Shown in pieces: positions 27,951 through 38,021 of a stretch of 55,316 nt of DNA (its first letter is position 1; each line of letters begins with the position of its first letter). The stretch is from a virus. Lineage: Duplodnaviria; Caudoviricetes. The notes under the pieces were generated by a model. That model saw nothing but the letters and a program-made list of their open reading frames with translations, did no database searches and was not told the origin of the DNA. Both the position numbers and the translations under genes were made by a program. The stretch covers positions 1-55,316 of IMG/VR virus record IMGVR_UViG_3300025151_000045; one strand, given 5' to 3'.

Positions 27951-29054
27951 TTATTTACGTTTTCTAATTCTTAATCTATTTCCATCACTAGGATTGGAAG
28001 TAGACTTAACTTGTAACCCACCCTTAGAGCTTGTTTCTGGAGCTTTATTCATTTTAAGATCAATGTTCTTTGCTTTCTTAGCGTCTGATGTCACTGCATC
28101 AGCTTGACCTTTTTCATAAAAAAACTTCGCAAACTTGTCTGGATAGTTTACTACTGCCAAAGCTTTGTGAAAACCCTTGTAGTCTTTAATTTGCCCATTA
28201 TCATCTAAATAACTTTTAACCCAACCAGTTACATCATTATTTTTAGACTTAAGCTCATCTACACTACCTGGATTATACGAAAAGGTATTATCGTTTATCT
28301 TAAATTCAAAACCTTTGAAATCAGAATTAAACGTTTCGTCTAGTTTCTGCAAATAGTCTTTTCTATTTTTAGCAACCATCTCTTCGTAACCTTGCTTTGT
28401 TTTTTGTTGCTCTCTATAAGCTTCAAGTTCTTTTTGGGTTTTTTCATCAATACCATTTCCAACACTTGACTCAAGGGGAACATTGTATTGACTTTTTCTT
28501 TCCTCAAAGAATTTTTTAGCCTCAGCAACTTGTCTTTTTTTAGCTAACTTTAACTTCTTAATGTCTTTCTCATCATCTAGATCTTCGTCATAATTAAACT
28601 CGTCTAGCATAGAGGCAACATCATCATCATCAAGATATTCATCTTTTGTTTTGTAATAGTTAGCCAAAAGCTCATCAGGATCAACTTTAGAAAAATCTCT
28701 GTTTAACTTAACAAAGTCTTCTATAGATCTCCCAGTTTCTTTTTTGTACTTAAAGTAAGCAGCAACATCTTCAGGTAATTCCTCTGACTTGCCCCTTTCT
28801 TCAAATAACTCATCCAGAGAGTTAATGGTTTTACCATATCTCTCATTAATATGTGAAAGAACATCATCATCGCTATACGATGGTTTTTGATTTTCTACAA
28901 CTTCCTCTGTCTTAGTTTCTGTGTTTTCTGAAACTGGAGTAGATTCTGTAGAGTCTTCAAACTGATCTTCATGCTTCTTTAACAATTCTTCTTCAACTTG
29001 TTGTTTAGATTTCTGTTCTACATCATCTAAAACTCTTACTTTAATATCTCCCAT
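27951..29054 (-). CDS. capsid scaffolding protein
   Basis: Acidic and helical, between portal and MCP; FFYEKGQADA motif and basic C-terminus. Confidence 0.7.
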   Translation of the reverse strand: MGDIKVRVLDDVEQKSKQQVEEELLKKHEDQFEDSTESTPVSENTETKTEEVVENQKPSYSDDDVLSHINERYGKTINSLDELFEERGKSEELPEDVAAYFKYKKETGRSIEDFVKLNRDFSKVDPDELLANYYKTKDEYLDDDDVASMLDEFNYDEDLDDEKDIKKLKLAKKRQVAEAKKFFEERKSQYNVPLESSVGNGIDEKTQKELEAYREQQKTKQGYEEMVAKNRKDYLQKLDETFNSDFKGFEFKINDNTFSYNPGSVDELKSKNNDVTGWVKSYLDDNGQIKDYKGFHKALAVVNYPDKFAKFFYEKGQADAVTSDAKKAKNIDLKMNKAPETSSKGGLQVKSTSNPSDGNRLRIRKRK

Positions 29055-29077
29055 TTTATTTAATTTAATTTGTTATA

Positions 29078-29085
29078 CAAAATTA
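29078..29085 (-). promoter_or_regulatory. -7 promoter element TAATTTTG for scaffold/MCP
   Basis: Consensus in the intergenic gap. Confidence 0.5.
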
Positions 29086-29115
29086 TACAATTTTTAAACA
29101 CGAAAAAACACACTT

Positions 29116-31551
29116 TTATCTAGGCTCAAATTCAGCTAAATCAAAGCCATCTAATGAATCTTCATTTGATTCAAATGATGTAGGTGGTAAATTGTTTTTT
29201 CGTTGATTAATAAGTTTTGACTGCTGAGTGTTGGCTTGATCAATTCGTTGAGCTTTAGCATCTTCTCTTTGAGTCTCTCTTTCTTGTAAAGCTTTTTCAG
29301 ATATATCTCTGAGCTGCTGTTGATAACCAAACTCTTCAGCCATTAGTGCTTTTTTAAGTTCTGCTTCTGCTTGAAGTTTTTGTGTTTCAAACTGTATCTC
29401 TGCTTGAATTACAGCAATCTTAGATTTAGTTTCCATTTCAATCTTAGCCATCTCTGTTTGAGATTTCATTTGCTGTGCTTGTAACTGAGTTTGAGACTGC
29501 ATCTGCTGCATCATGAGTTGCTGCTCTTTGTCAGCCTCTTCTTTCTGTGATCTCTTAAGTTTTAATAACTGATTAGCTAGTTTAATATTTCTCACTTCTC
29601 TAATGTCAATGGCATCTTCAAGATTGATGTCATTTTTAGAGAGAGCCATTTGAATGTTTTGCTCTAACTGAGCTTTTTGAACTTCATCAGGTGATACAGT
29701 AATGTGAATACCAAAGTCATAGAGATACAAACTTTTTATATCGTCAAGTATTTTTAAATTATACTTTCCTATTTTATTAGCAAACTCTTCCTTAAAATCT
29801 GTATATTCTAACACATCAGATATTCTATAAGAAAGACCTTGAGATATTTTTCTCAATATATAAAGACCAGCATCCAGTATGTGCCTAGTGGCTGTATTGG
29901 AGTTTAAAGCTGCAAGTTTTTGAACCCCCACTAATGATCTAGAGTCAGGAGTTGAAGCATCTCTAGCTTCATTAAGTCCTGTTACTGCCCTGATCATGTC
30001 TAAGTAATGGTTATAGTTTTGAATCAGCATTTGCATTTTGCCTGTACCATTATTAGAGTTTAATTGCTGGATAGGCATTTTACCTTGGTTGTACTCTCCA
30101 TCCTGAGTGTAACTTCTACCAATTACTGATCCTGTTTGAAAATACAACCTTAATGCGTCTTGAGGATTATACGCAGCACCTGTACCCAGGTCTACTTCAT
30201 TTAATCCATCAGCATCAATATATACCCCATCAGGAACTACTCTAGATACGACTTGTTGTAATTTTAAATGAGTAACTTGTATTAAATCAGCAAATGGAAT
30301 CATTCTAGAAACTAATGACTCTATGTTGCCTTTGTACATTCTAGGGGCAACTGCAACGTACTGAGGTAACGCATACTGAGAAGCTGACTTAGGTCTAACC
30401 ATGTTTTTTGCCATTTCCCATTTCAATATAATGTTGGTTCCCATTACCATTACACCTTCATACCAAACCTCTATAGTTTTTTCTATCTTTTCAAAATTAC
30501 CCTCTTCCATAATTTCTTCTGGAGGATTAAAGGTGTCTTCTTTTTCAATAACCCTTTCTGCACCACTATCCATTTTCTTTTTCTTATGAACAAACTTTTG
30601 AGTTGTTTTATAGTTAAAGTACATAAGAGTGGCAGTGTCTCTAGCGAAGATGCTATTCTGATACCATTGAGCAACATTAAAATAATCATACCATGTTTGA
30701 CTATACTTAGCAATTTCTTTAAGATCATCATTGGTTAATGTTGGATCAATTTTTAATAACTCAGTGGTTGCTACAGTTTTTATCTCACCCCAATAAAAAC
30801 AATCTTTCAAAAAGGGATCTTCAGAATAACTATAAACCATATTGGCAGGATCTACATACTCTACCTTAATTCCAGCTCCTGGTAAAAAATGTTGTTTCGC
30901 AGCTGCAATACCACAAACCATTAGATCGTAATCAAGTCTTTTGCGTAGATCTTGATATTCATTTTCTTCTAATAAGGTGTTTATACCTATTTCTTCTGCA
31001 ATCTCTATAGCTGGTTTGTATTTCATTTGCATGTACAATCCTAACTGCTCATCATCAGCTGGTATGTCATCAGGGTTCATATCAAATGGGTTCATACCAA
31101 ATGTCTCACCCATACTAGATAAGAAATCTTTAGCCACCATCTGGCGTTCTACATTTTGTTGAAATATGTTTTTTCTTTCAGAAGATAAAGCGTCTTGAGC
31201 TTCACATTTTACTTCAAAGACTCTATCAGACATGCCATTAACAACAATGTCTACAAATTTGGGTAGTATAGGAACTGGGGTCCAGTCTAGGTTTAAGTAA
31301 CTTAAGTCTCCATCTATAGACAACTCATTTTTATATTTCTCTATGGATTGCTCTCCTCTAGCGTAAACTCTTCTTCTTGCAAACTCATTCCATTGATTAT
31401 AAAATCTACATTGATTTCCATCTTTCCTAAACCACTCGTACTGAATAGCCTGCCCAATTTGTAATCCATAGGCGTCTGTTTTTTTCTCAGCATCTGAGAC
31501 ATATTGACTAGGGAAACCATTTGGCGTTATTTCTATACTTATATCTTTCAT
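29116..31551 (-). CDS. portal protein
   Basis: 811 aa directly after terminase; PILPKFVDIVVNG; Gln-rich C-terminal barrel. Confidence 0.8.
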   Translation of the reverse strand: MKDISIEITPNGFPSQYVSDAEKKTDAYGLQIGQAIQYEWFRKDGNQCRFYNQWNEFARRRVYARGEQSIEKYKNELSIDGDLSYLNLDWTPVPILPKFVDIVVNGMSDRVFEVKCEAQDALSSERKNIFQQNVERQMVAKDFLSSMGETFGMNPFDMNPDDIPADDEQLGLYMQMKYKPAIEIAEEIGINTLLEENEYQDLRKRLDYDLMVCGIAAAKQHFLPGAGIKVEYVDPANMVYSYSEDPFLKDCFYWGEIKTVATTELLKIDPTLTNDDLKEIAKYSQTWYDYFNVAQWYQNSIFARDTATLMYFNYKTTQKFVHKKKKMDSGAERVIEKEDTFNPPEEIMEEGNFEKIEKTIEVWYEGVMVMGTNIILKWEMAKNMVRPKSASQYALPQYVAVAPRMYKGNIESLVSRMIPFADLIQVTHLKLQQVVSRVVPDGVYIDADGLNEVDLGTGAAYNPQDALRLYFQTGSVIGRSYTQDGEYNQGKMPIQQLNSNNGTGKMQMLIQNYNHYLDMIRAVTGLNEARDASTPDSRSLVGVQKLAALNSNTATRHILDAGLYILRKISQGLSYRISDVLEYTDFKEEFANKIGKYNLKILDDIKSLYLYDFGIHITVSPDEVQKAQLEQNIQMALSKNDINLEDAIDIREVRNIKLANQLLKLKRSQKEEADKEQQLMMQQMQSQTQLQAQQMKSQTEMAKIEMETKSKIAVIQAEIQFETQKLQAEAELKKALMAEEFGYQQQLRDISEKALQERETQREDAKAQRIDQANTQQSKLINQRKNNLPPTSFESNEDSLDGFDLAEFEPR

Positions 31552-33800
31552 TACTTAATTAATTCACTAATATTACCCTTATTACTATACCTTGCAAAGT
31601 TAATTCTAATTTTTGATTGTTTTTTAACCTGTGGTTGATACAAATGTTTCTGGTTAGCCATTATAGCTAATCCTGAACTTATGGTCGCATCATACTTAGT
31701 TCTATTGTTTATATTAAACTTTGCCCAATCTTCTAACGTCCTTGTAAAGTGCATTTCTCCCATTTCTCCCATAGTCCTAAAATGCCCATCCATATCTAAA
31801 CCTATATGCTTCTCAATATAACTCTCAATGGCTGCAGCGTGTGCTTGCTTTATATCCTCTGAAGAGTTGGGTATTCCTCCAAGTTCCTTTTCAGTTACAG
31901 ATAATTTATTCTTATGCTTGTCTGGTCTATTTAAAGAAAAACCTCTATATCCTCTATTTTTAAAATGATACAATAGTCTAGGTTTATTATTTTCTACCAA
32001 AATAGGCATACCATAAAACACACAAGCCATTAATACTTCTTCAAAAAATATCTCTGCTGTTTGAGGTCTAGCAATATACTGAAGAAAAAACTGATTAGTT
32101 GGACCTTCATCCATGTGAAATTTTGTTAATCCATGAAGTGCTCCATTAGAAGCACCTCCACCAACAGTTCCTGAGATGTCATAGCTATCACAACCAAAGG
32201 ATCCCATGTGTTCATTACCAGGATATTTAACTCCATTTTTTTCAAAAAAATTATTTTGCAAATTTTTACCTGGAGTCCAGGTAACTAAAAATCTTCCCTT
32301 TGGATCTGGAGTCCATATAACTTGAGTATCTTTAACGCCATCCTTCCAATAAAACTTACCCCTAGTTAAAAAATGCTCAGATATTAATGAATCATTATAA
32401 TCTACCTGTTGATATATTTTAGTTAGATTAAATAAAGAAGCTTTACTTTCATCTCTAAAAGCGTGAGACTCAGTTCTTGGGAACTGACGATAAAACTCAT
32501 TTAATGCATCTGGATCAGATTTTTTTGACTCTACTTCGTTTTCAAAATACTCAATGGCTCCCTGGTAAATATATTCTCCATCAACACCCATAACTTCTTT
32601 TTCTGGGTTATTAAACACAGGCATTCCATACCTGTCTATAAAACCCTCCATGTTCCATTCCATAGGAATAAACAAAGAATATAATCCTGACTTAGTCTGT
32701 CCATTAGCATTTCTTGTTTCTAAATTAGAATCGTAATACAGTTTTTTGAAGTTATCACCTCCTTTTTCAAGTGCATTACATGTAGATCCCATCATGCATT
32801 TACCAATAATCTTTCTACCTAATCTTAAGCAGGTTTTAGTAACCCTCCAGTTATTTAGTATATTGGTAGGCTTCAACCATTTACCACTTTCGTCATGTGC
32901 TAAAAATAAAAGCTTCTCTCCATCGTAAGAGTTGTCATCTGTGTTTTTCCAATCAATCGTAGTGTCTAACCCATCAAGTTCATTAGACGCTACCTCATAC
33001 ATGTTTTTCTTGGTAATTTTACTAGCTGGAACTCTGTATGCTAATTCAGTTTTAGGACGATCCATACCATCCTGAATAGGCTTAAAAAAGAATGGATAGT
33101 TGTTAGAAATAGGCACAACCTTGTCAGTAAACATTTTTTTTGCATCATCCCCTTTCTTTGATAATATACCTATACGAGCATCTTTTGATATAGTGCCTAT
33201 ATTTGCACATTCTTCTGAAGCCATAAATGAAAAACCAGAACGTCTAATTTTTAAATAACACATGCCAAAGGATCTAGAGTCAGCCTTACACGCTTCCCAG
33301 TATAAGTAAAATATTCTATTAGCTTCTCTGAAATCTGGTAACCCTACATCTATTTTTGTCCATTGTAAATACATGTAATGGGATCCTGTAAGATACGTTG
33401 GCTCACCATTATTCATAAACCAAAAACCTTGTTCTCTTCTATTAAATTCGTTTTCAATATAGTCTACCCAGTTACTTTTAAAAGCAGCTGGCATTTCATT
33501 CCATTGAAAAATACTTTTTATTTTAGAAAGATCAGTGGGGTATTCAAAAGGTTTCCAATATTGATCTGCTTTTTTTGACGATCTTTTAAAAACACTTTTA
33601 GGACATTTGGGAAGACCTATTCTCAATCCATTGATAACATAAATATCTCCTAACGTACCATCTTTAGAAATAACAACCAAGTCATACTTTGAATCATAAC
33701 CATACTTCCAAGATTTGTTTTTGTTTTTTAAAGAAACAACAGATCCAGGAATGGTTGACTTAGCAACCCTGTATAAACTATTTTGAGTTTCTTTCTGCAA
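31551..33800 (-). CDS. terL: terminase large subunit
   Basis: KIRRSGFS (Walker A-like), LAHDESGKW (Walker B), GST coupling motif, nuclease GCDSYD...D.TISSG. Confidence 0.85.
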   Translation of the reverse strand: MQKETQNSLYRVAKSTIPGSVVSLKNKNKSWKYGYDSKYDLVVISKDGTLGDIYVINGLRIGLPKCPKSVFKRSSKKADQYWKPFEYPTDLSKIKSIFQWNEMPAAFKSNWVDYIENEFNRREQGFWFMNNGEPTYLTGSHYMYLQWTKIDVGLPDFREANRIFYLYWEACKADSRSFGMCYLKIRRSGFSFMASEECANIGTISKDARIGILSKKGDDAKKMFTDKVVPISNNYPFFFKPIQDGMDRPKTELAYRVPASKITKKNMYEVASNELDGLDTTIDWKNTDDNSYDGEKLLFLAHDESGKWLKPTNILNNWRVTKTCLRLGRKIIGKCMMGSTCNALEKGGDNFKKLYYDSNLETRNANGQTKSGLYSLFIPMEWNMEGFIDRYGMPVFNNPEKEVMGVDGEYIYQGAIEYFENEVESKKSDPDALNEFYRQFPRTESHAFRDESKASLFNLTKIYQQVDYNDSLISEHFLTRGKFYWKDGVKDTQVIWTPDPKGRFLVTWTPGKNLQNNFFEKNGVKYPGNEHMGSFGCDSYDISGTVGGGASNGALHGLTKFHMDEGPTNQFFLQYIARPQTAEIFFEEVLMACVFYGMPILVENNKPRLLYHFKNRGYRGFSLNRPDKHKNKLSVTEKELGGIPNSSEDIKQAHAAAIESYIEKHIGLDMDGHFRTMGEMGEMHFTRTLEDWAKFNINNRTKYDATISSGLAIMANQKHLYQPQVKKQSKIRINFARYSNKGNISELIK

Positions 33801-34056
33801 AACCTTGGTTAGTTTTTTTAGTTAAGTTTTTATTAGATAATTCAATGTTTTCTTTTTCTATTTCTATTTTATTTAAAATCTCAAACGCATCATTAATAGC
33901 TAACTTTTTTGTAGCAGCTGCGTTCTTTAATCTGTCTGCTGCTAATTCATCATCAGGATCAGGTTTTATAATTTTTTCTTTAGCAACTTTTATGAGTTGA
34001 TTAACAGCTTCATATCCTGCTTCTATTATTTTTAATTTAATATCATTTGACTTCAT
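33778..34056 (-). CDS. putative terminase small subunit
   Basis: Small helical protein overlapping the terL start; positional inference. Confidence 0.45.
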   Translation of the reverse strand: MKSNDIKLKIIEAGYEAVNQLIKVAKEKIIKPDPDDELAADRLKNAAATKKLAINDAFEILNKIEIEKENIELSNKNLTKKTNQGFAERNSK

Positions 34057-34619
34057 ACTACCATAGTTATATTGTGTGTATACATTCTATACAACTTCTC
34101 TCCATCTACATTAAACTCATATTCACTTTCAGGTTGAAAGCCAACGACATCACCTTCATTTACTCCAAGTGCAGCAAGTGATTCATTGCCATATTTAACT
34201 ATACCCATTAAGGGTTCTTCATTAGTATTCTTTAGTAAATAATGATTATCCTCAACATCTATTGGCTTTACAAAGCAATACTGCAAACAACTATTCCATT
34301 TTCCATCTTTTTTATAAGCATAAAACTGCGTGGTGTCTACAAAAAAAGTGTTGTCTTTTAAAAAACTTTTTCCACTTTTTTCTCTACCCTTCATGTCATT
34401 ATAATATTTAAAAACATTGTGATGAACTAAAATTTTATCTCCTGGAGATATAGGACCTTTGTACCCAAGTGGTGTTTCTACCACAATAGCTTCTCTATTA
34501 GAGAATTTAAAATCTTCTTTAGAGCTGCTAGTTATAAACTCCAAACCACCCCAATCTACAGTGCTGTTATATCTTCTGTCCTTATCAGGAGTTATTATAA
34601 AATAAAAAGGTGACTTCAT
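34053..34619 (-). CDS. tandem GroES-like co-chaperonin
   Basis: Two GroES-like units: AIVVETP...ISPGDKILVHH and FVKPI...GIVKYG...VNEGDVVGF...EFNVDGEKLYRM. Confidence 0.6.
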   Translation of the reverse strand: MKSPFYFIITPDKDRRYNSTVDWGGLEFITSSSKEDFKFSNREAIVVETPLGYKGPISPGDKILVHHNVFKYYNDMKGREKSGKSFLKDNTFFVDTTQFYAYKKDGKWNSCLQYCFVKPIDVEDNHYLLKNTNEEPLMGIVKYGNESLAALGVNEGDVVGFQPESEYEFNVDGEKLYRMYTHNITMVV

Positions 34620-34620
34620 A

Positions 34621-34848
34621 TTAAAAATTTATATTATACTCTATCGAAACTGGCATTTGCTCTCCAAACTCTTTCCACAAATAAACCTCACTGCCTGATA
34701 TAATAAAAATCTTATATGAGTTTCTTTTAATGTCTCTTTTTATACAATGGATTATATACTTTCCATTTAAAACTTCTTGATTTACAATATAATGCATAGC
34801 ACTTGACTTATAGTCAGCACCTACTGATATTTTTCTAATATCATCCAT
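34621..34848 (-). CDS. conserved hypothetical protein
   Basis: IRKISVGADYK..AMHY motif; in operon. Confidence 0.7.
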   Translation of the reverse strand: MDDIRKISVGADYKSSAMHYIVNQEVLNGKYIIHCIKRDIKRNSYKIFIISGSEVYLWKEFGEQMPVSIEYNINF

Positions 34849-34859
34849 TTAATTAAATT

Positions 34860-36179
34860 TTAATACACCACACCCAACTGAGCTGCGTTCCCAGCAGGGA
34901 GAGGTGATGTTCCTACCACATAGATATCTCCAGCTACTAATCCTGCTGCTAAAGCTGCAGTGTTGGTTGGAAATATGTAATTCGTTTTCATTGCTGTAGC
35001 TACAGCACTAGAAATAGCTAACATGGGGTTGCCTGCAATTTTAATTGTTGCTGCAGCTTGCCTCCCTAACGCTATACAAGCTTCATCAGCATTACTGCCT
35101 TGACCTATAGCCACTGCAGTGTCTGAGCTTGAAGCACCTTTTCCTATGACAACTGAGTCTGACACATTGCCAGTAGCTAAAGCACCAGATCCTATTACCA
35201 CATTGTTACTTCCTACTAAGCCAACACCACCACCTTTTCCAGCTTGATATCCTATCAAAGTGTTGTCGTTGTTGTTTTGAATATTTTTACCTGACTCAAA
35301 ACCTAGAGTAGTATTTCTTAATCCAGCTAAAATCTCTTCTGACGAGGCTAACCCTAGAGCTGTATTGTGCGTACCTGTTGCTGCACTTTTTAATAAAGCG
35401 TTTGCTCCATAAGATAAATTGTTATCACCAAAAGGGTGAGTAACATCAGCCCTGTAAGCTCCTAATTGAAGTGTATAATTAGTTCCCCCAACTTTTCCTA
35501 AAGTTACTTTAGGATTAGGAACTACAGCTGCAGGATCTACTAAAACAAAATCACTTGCTACTGCATTACCTGAAGCATCACCAATAAATATGTTTGTCGC
35601 TGTTAATGAAAGTAAACTCGAAACATTACTCCAAACTAAAGGAGATCCAGGACCAGCTGATGATGGAACCTGTCCTGTTGATCCAGAAACAGCATTAAGC
35701 TTTATTTCAGATTTAAAATCTGCGACTCCCTCAACTATTGTTCCATTAGCTGCACTAACAGAAACATTACTACTACTTCCTGAGGGTTCTAAAATAACCA
35801 CTCTACCAACAGGAGCAGCGACCTTAGTGTCATTAGCTCCTGAAGAGGTGTAAAGCCCTCCATCTAAAACAACATCAGAGGTGTTGCCTACTAGAGAAAT
35901 ATCACCTGTAACATTTACATTTCCTGTTCTAGTAATGTTTCCTGAGCCAGTTAAATCTCCACTTAAGGCTATGTTTCCTGTGAGATTTATACTTTGAGTT
36001 GCAGTGTTTCCTGCATCTAATACTTCTTGCAAGGTTACCTGACCATCAATAAAATCTGCCAAAGCCTGGACAGTAACAGTTTTAGTAGCGTTAGAACTAC
36101 TAGTGTCTGTTAATATTAAAAAATCACTAGCTTCTGGAGTGATGTTAGGATAAGCAGAAGTGTTAGATATTTTAGCCAT
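34860..36179 (-). CDS. tail fibre/spike-like protein
   Basis: TLQEVLDAGN motif and beta-roll repeats NTALG/NTTLG/NTLIG/NVVIG/SVVIG/AVAIG. Confidence 0.65.
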   Translation of the reverse strand: MAKISNTSAYPNITPEASDFLILTDTSSSNATKTVTVQALADFIDGQVTLQEVLDAGNTATQSINLTGNIALSGDLTGSGNITRTGNVNVTGDISLVGNTSDVVLDGGLYTSSGANDTKVAAPVGRVVILEPSGSSSNVSVSAANGTIVEGVADFKSEIKLNAVSGSTGQVPSSAGPGSPLVWSNVSSLLSLTATNIFIGDASGNAVASDFVLVDPAAVVPNPKVTLGKVGGTNYTLQLGAYRADVTHPFGDNNLSYGANALLKSAATGTHNTALGLASSEEILAGLRNTTLGFESGKNIQNNNDNTLIGYQAGKGGGVGLVGSNNVVIGSGALATGNVSDSVVIGKGASSSDTAVAIGQGSNADEACIALGRQAAATIKIAGNPMLAISSAVATAMKTNYIFPTNTAALAAGLVAGDIYVVGTSPLPAGNAAQLGVVY

Positions 36180-36426
36180 TTTTGTTTTTAGTTATTTCGC
36201 CTGTATGTAAATTAATTACAGCATCAGACCCATGTTCTTTAATTAGTTTTTTTTCTTCTACAACAAACAAATGCTTAATTTCTTTTACTTTTTCAATTAA
36301 TTCAACTTCTTTTAGTTTATTCTCCCCTAATGCTAGTTTAAGTTTAGAATATTCAGCGTTTAAATCTTGTAAGTGTTTTAATACTTTTTCATCTAATTTG
36401 TTGTTAAGTTCAATAGTTTTTCCCAT
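36172..36426 (-). CDS. small coiled-coil protein
   Basis: 84-aa ORF with its own upstream promoter. Confidence 0.65.
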   Translation of the reverse strand: MGKTIELNNKLDEKVLKHLQDLNAEYSKLKLALGENKLKEVELIEKVKEIKHLFVVEEKKLIKEHGSDAVINLHTGEITKNKNG

Positions 36427-36452
36427 TTTATTTTATTTAATTATTAATGTCC

Positions 36453-36460
36453 CAAAGATA
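36453..36460 (-). promoter_or_regulatory. -7 promoter element TATCTTTG
   Basis: Consensus in the intergenic gap. Confidence 0.55.
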
Positions 36461-36461
36461 G

Positions 36462-36929
36462 TTATTTTTTATCTTTCATGGCTGATCCATAAAAGTATCC
36501 AAAAATACTCAATGTTATACCTTCTGTAATTCCTATTAAGTGTATCCATATTTCTTTATTCCCTTCTGGAATAGTAAGGTATACAATTGCATATACTAAA
36601 AAAGAAAAAGCTGCTAATCCTATAATGCCAGTTAAGTTAAACATAAAGTCAAACTTTTTTACTTTAGCAATCTCTATCTCTCTATTTCTAGCAGAATCTC
36701 TATCAGCAACCTCTGTTTTATAAGACTCAATTAATTGCTGATGAATTAATTTTTTAGTCTCAGGATCTATAGAGTCATCCCTGTCTATTAGGTTTTTTAC
36801 AATGCCTAAAGCACCTTTGTCTGGTAATACATCACCCACGACATCTAAAATGTGTGGAGCTTTTTCTTTAAGAAATATTCCAAACTTAGTGTCTTTAAAT
36901 TTTTTTCTATCTTTTTTCTCTTTAGCCAT
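36462..36929 (-). CDS. holin-like membrane protein
   Basis: ADRDSARNRE motif, two C-terminal TM segments ending GYFYGS; next to the endolysin; ATG 36929 preferred. Confidence 0.65.
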   Translation of the reverse strand: MAKEKKDRKKFKDTKFGIFLKEKAPHILDVVGDVLPDKGALGIVKNLIDRDDSIDPETKKLIHQQLIESYKTEVADRDSARNREIEIAKVKKFDFMFNLTGIIGLAAFSFLVYAIVYLTIPEGNKEIWIHLIGITEGITLSIFGYFYGSAMKDKK

Positions 36930-37302
36930 TCCACCTAGCTTTAGTACCTCTACGATCATAATGCGTAAATGTATCATATCTACCTAACCCACCTTCTTCA
37001 ATAGCTCCTATTCTTATTAATCCCTCAATCACATCAGCTAGTTGTTTGGGAGTGTGATCATGAGCAACCAGGTCACTTGCGTTTCCAGTAAGATGCTGCG
37101 ATTTGGAAGCTCCCCCAACCTTAGAATTGTAGCTAGGGCATCTGTACCCTGAGTTTATTCTTATGGACTCATTTAAAAAGTCTCTAATTACTTGTAAATT
37201 TTTGGCATGCAACTTGACATTATCAAAAACATCTTCTGGCATGTCGCAACCACAATTGCAGTTGAACTCTGATTTGCTAAAGTTTTTAGTTAGATCTCCC
37301 AT
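36922..37302 (-). CDS. endolysin, peptidase M15 family
   Basis: SGYRC..YN..VGGA..SQH..G.ASD...THYD Zn ligands. Confidence 0.9.
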   Translation of the reverse strand: MGDLTKNFSKSEFNCNCGCDMPEDVFDNVKLHAKNLQVIRDFLNESIRINSGYRCPSYNSKVGGASKSQHLTGNASDLVAHDHTPKQLADVIEGLIRIGAIEEGGLGRYDTFTHYDRRGTKARWNG

Positions 37303-37303
37303 T

Positions 37304-37567
37304 TTATTCTACAGGAATTGGCTCTGACCAAGCTGGAGTACTCATCAAGGTAAGTGCCTCTTCGTGTGTTAATGTTTGACTTGGTACAACTGTTCCATCC
37401 TTTATAAAAGTAGGCTCTGCATTGTATTTAATTACAAAGAGAGTGTCATCTAAACTTCTTCTAATAGTTCCAGCAGAACTTTGCCCCACTTGTGAAAAGT
37501 CAATGTTTTGCAAATCTGTGGCAATGTTGCAAATTGCGTATACTAAGTTATTTAATCTTGCTTCCAT
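37304..37567 (-). CDS. small protein associated with the LamG fibre genes
   Basis: 87-aa ORF; positional association. Confidence 0.6.
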   Translation of the reverse strand: MEARLNNLVYAICNIATDLQNIDFSQVGQSSAGTIRRSLDDTLFVIKYNAEPTFIKDGTVVPSQTLTHEEALTLMSTPAWSEPIPVE

Positions 37568-37577
37568 TTTTTATATA

Positions 37578-37985
37578 TTATGTTGAAACTATCCAATATT
37601 CTACTCTTGTACCTCCACACCACTCAGCAAAAATAATATTTAATGCACTTGTTGTGTATGTCCCACTTCCTATTAATACCCATCCTGCTGGTACTGTAGG
37701 GGCTGAACCATCGTTATGGTAAATCTTTTGTACTATTCCTAATTTTGCATCAGTTAAAGAGTTGGTTATGTTTCCTGTTCCTGGTGATGCTGATGTGTTA
37801 TATATTAGCGACTCATTAAACGCTATTACAGTGCCTGTAGTTGCTGTAGCACCTGTGGCTCCACTCTTAATATCTGCATAGGTATATATTGTTCTTGCAC
37901 TATTAGTTTGATTTGAACCTCTTTCAGTCAAATCATAAGTTGAAGTTATTCCTACAAACTGCTCATTACTTGGTATTGTGGGCAT
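37578..37985 (-). CDS. putative virion protein
   Basis: Thr/Gly-rich 135-aa ORF with upstream TACCTTTG. Confidence 0.6.
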   Translation of the reverse strand: MPTIPSNEQFVGITSTYDLTERGSNQTNSARTIYTYADIKSGATGATATTGTVIAFNESLIYNTSASPGTGNITNSLTDAKLGIVQKIYHNDGSAPTVPAGWVLIGSGTYTTSALNIIFAEWCGGTRVEYWIVST

Positions 37986-38001
37986 AATTTAATTGTTTTT
38001 A

Positions 38002-38009
38002 CAAAGGTA
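38002..38009 (-). promoter_or_regulatory. -7 promoter element TACCTTTG
   Basis: Consensus in the intergenic gap. Confidence 0.55.
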
Positions 38010-38021
38010 ATAAATTTATTT

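Noticed and set aside
28340-28528. Alternative-frame ORF inside the scaffold gene
   Set aside because: Non-ATG start and no recognisable motif, unlike the nested ORF at 8898-9038
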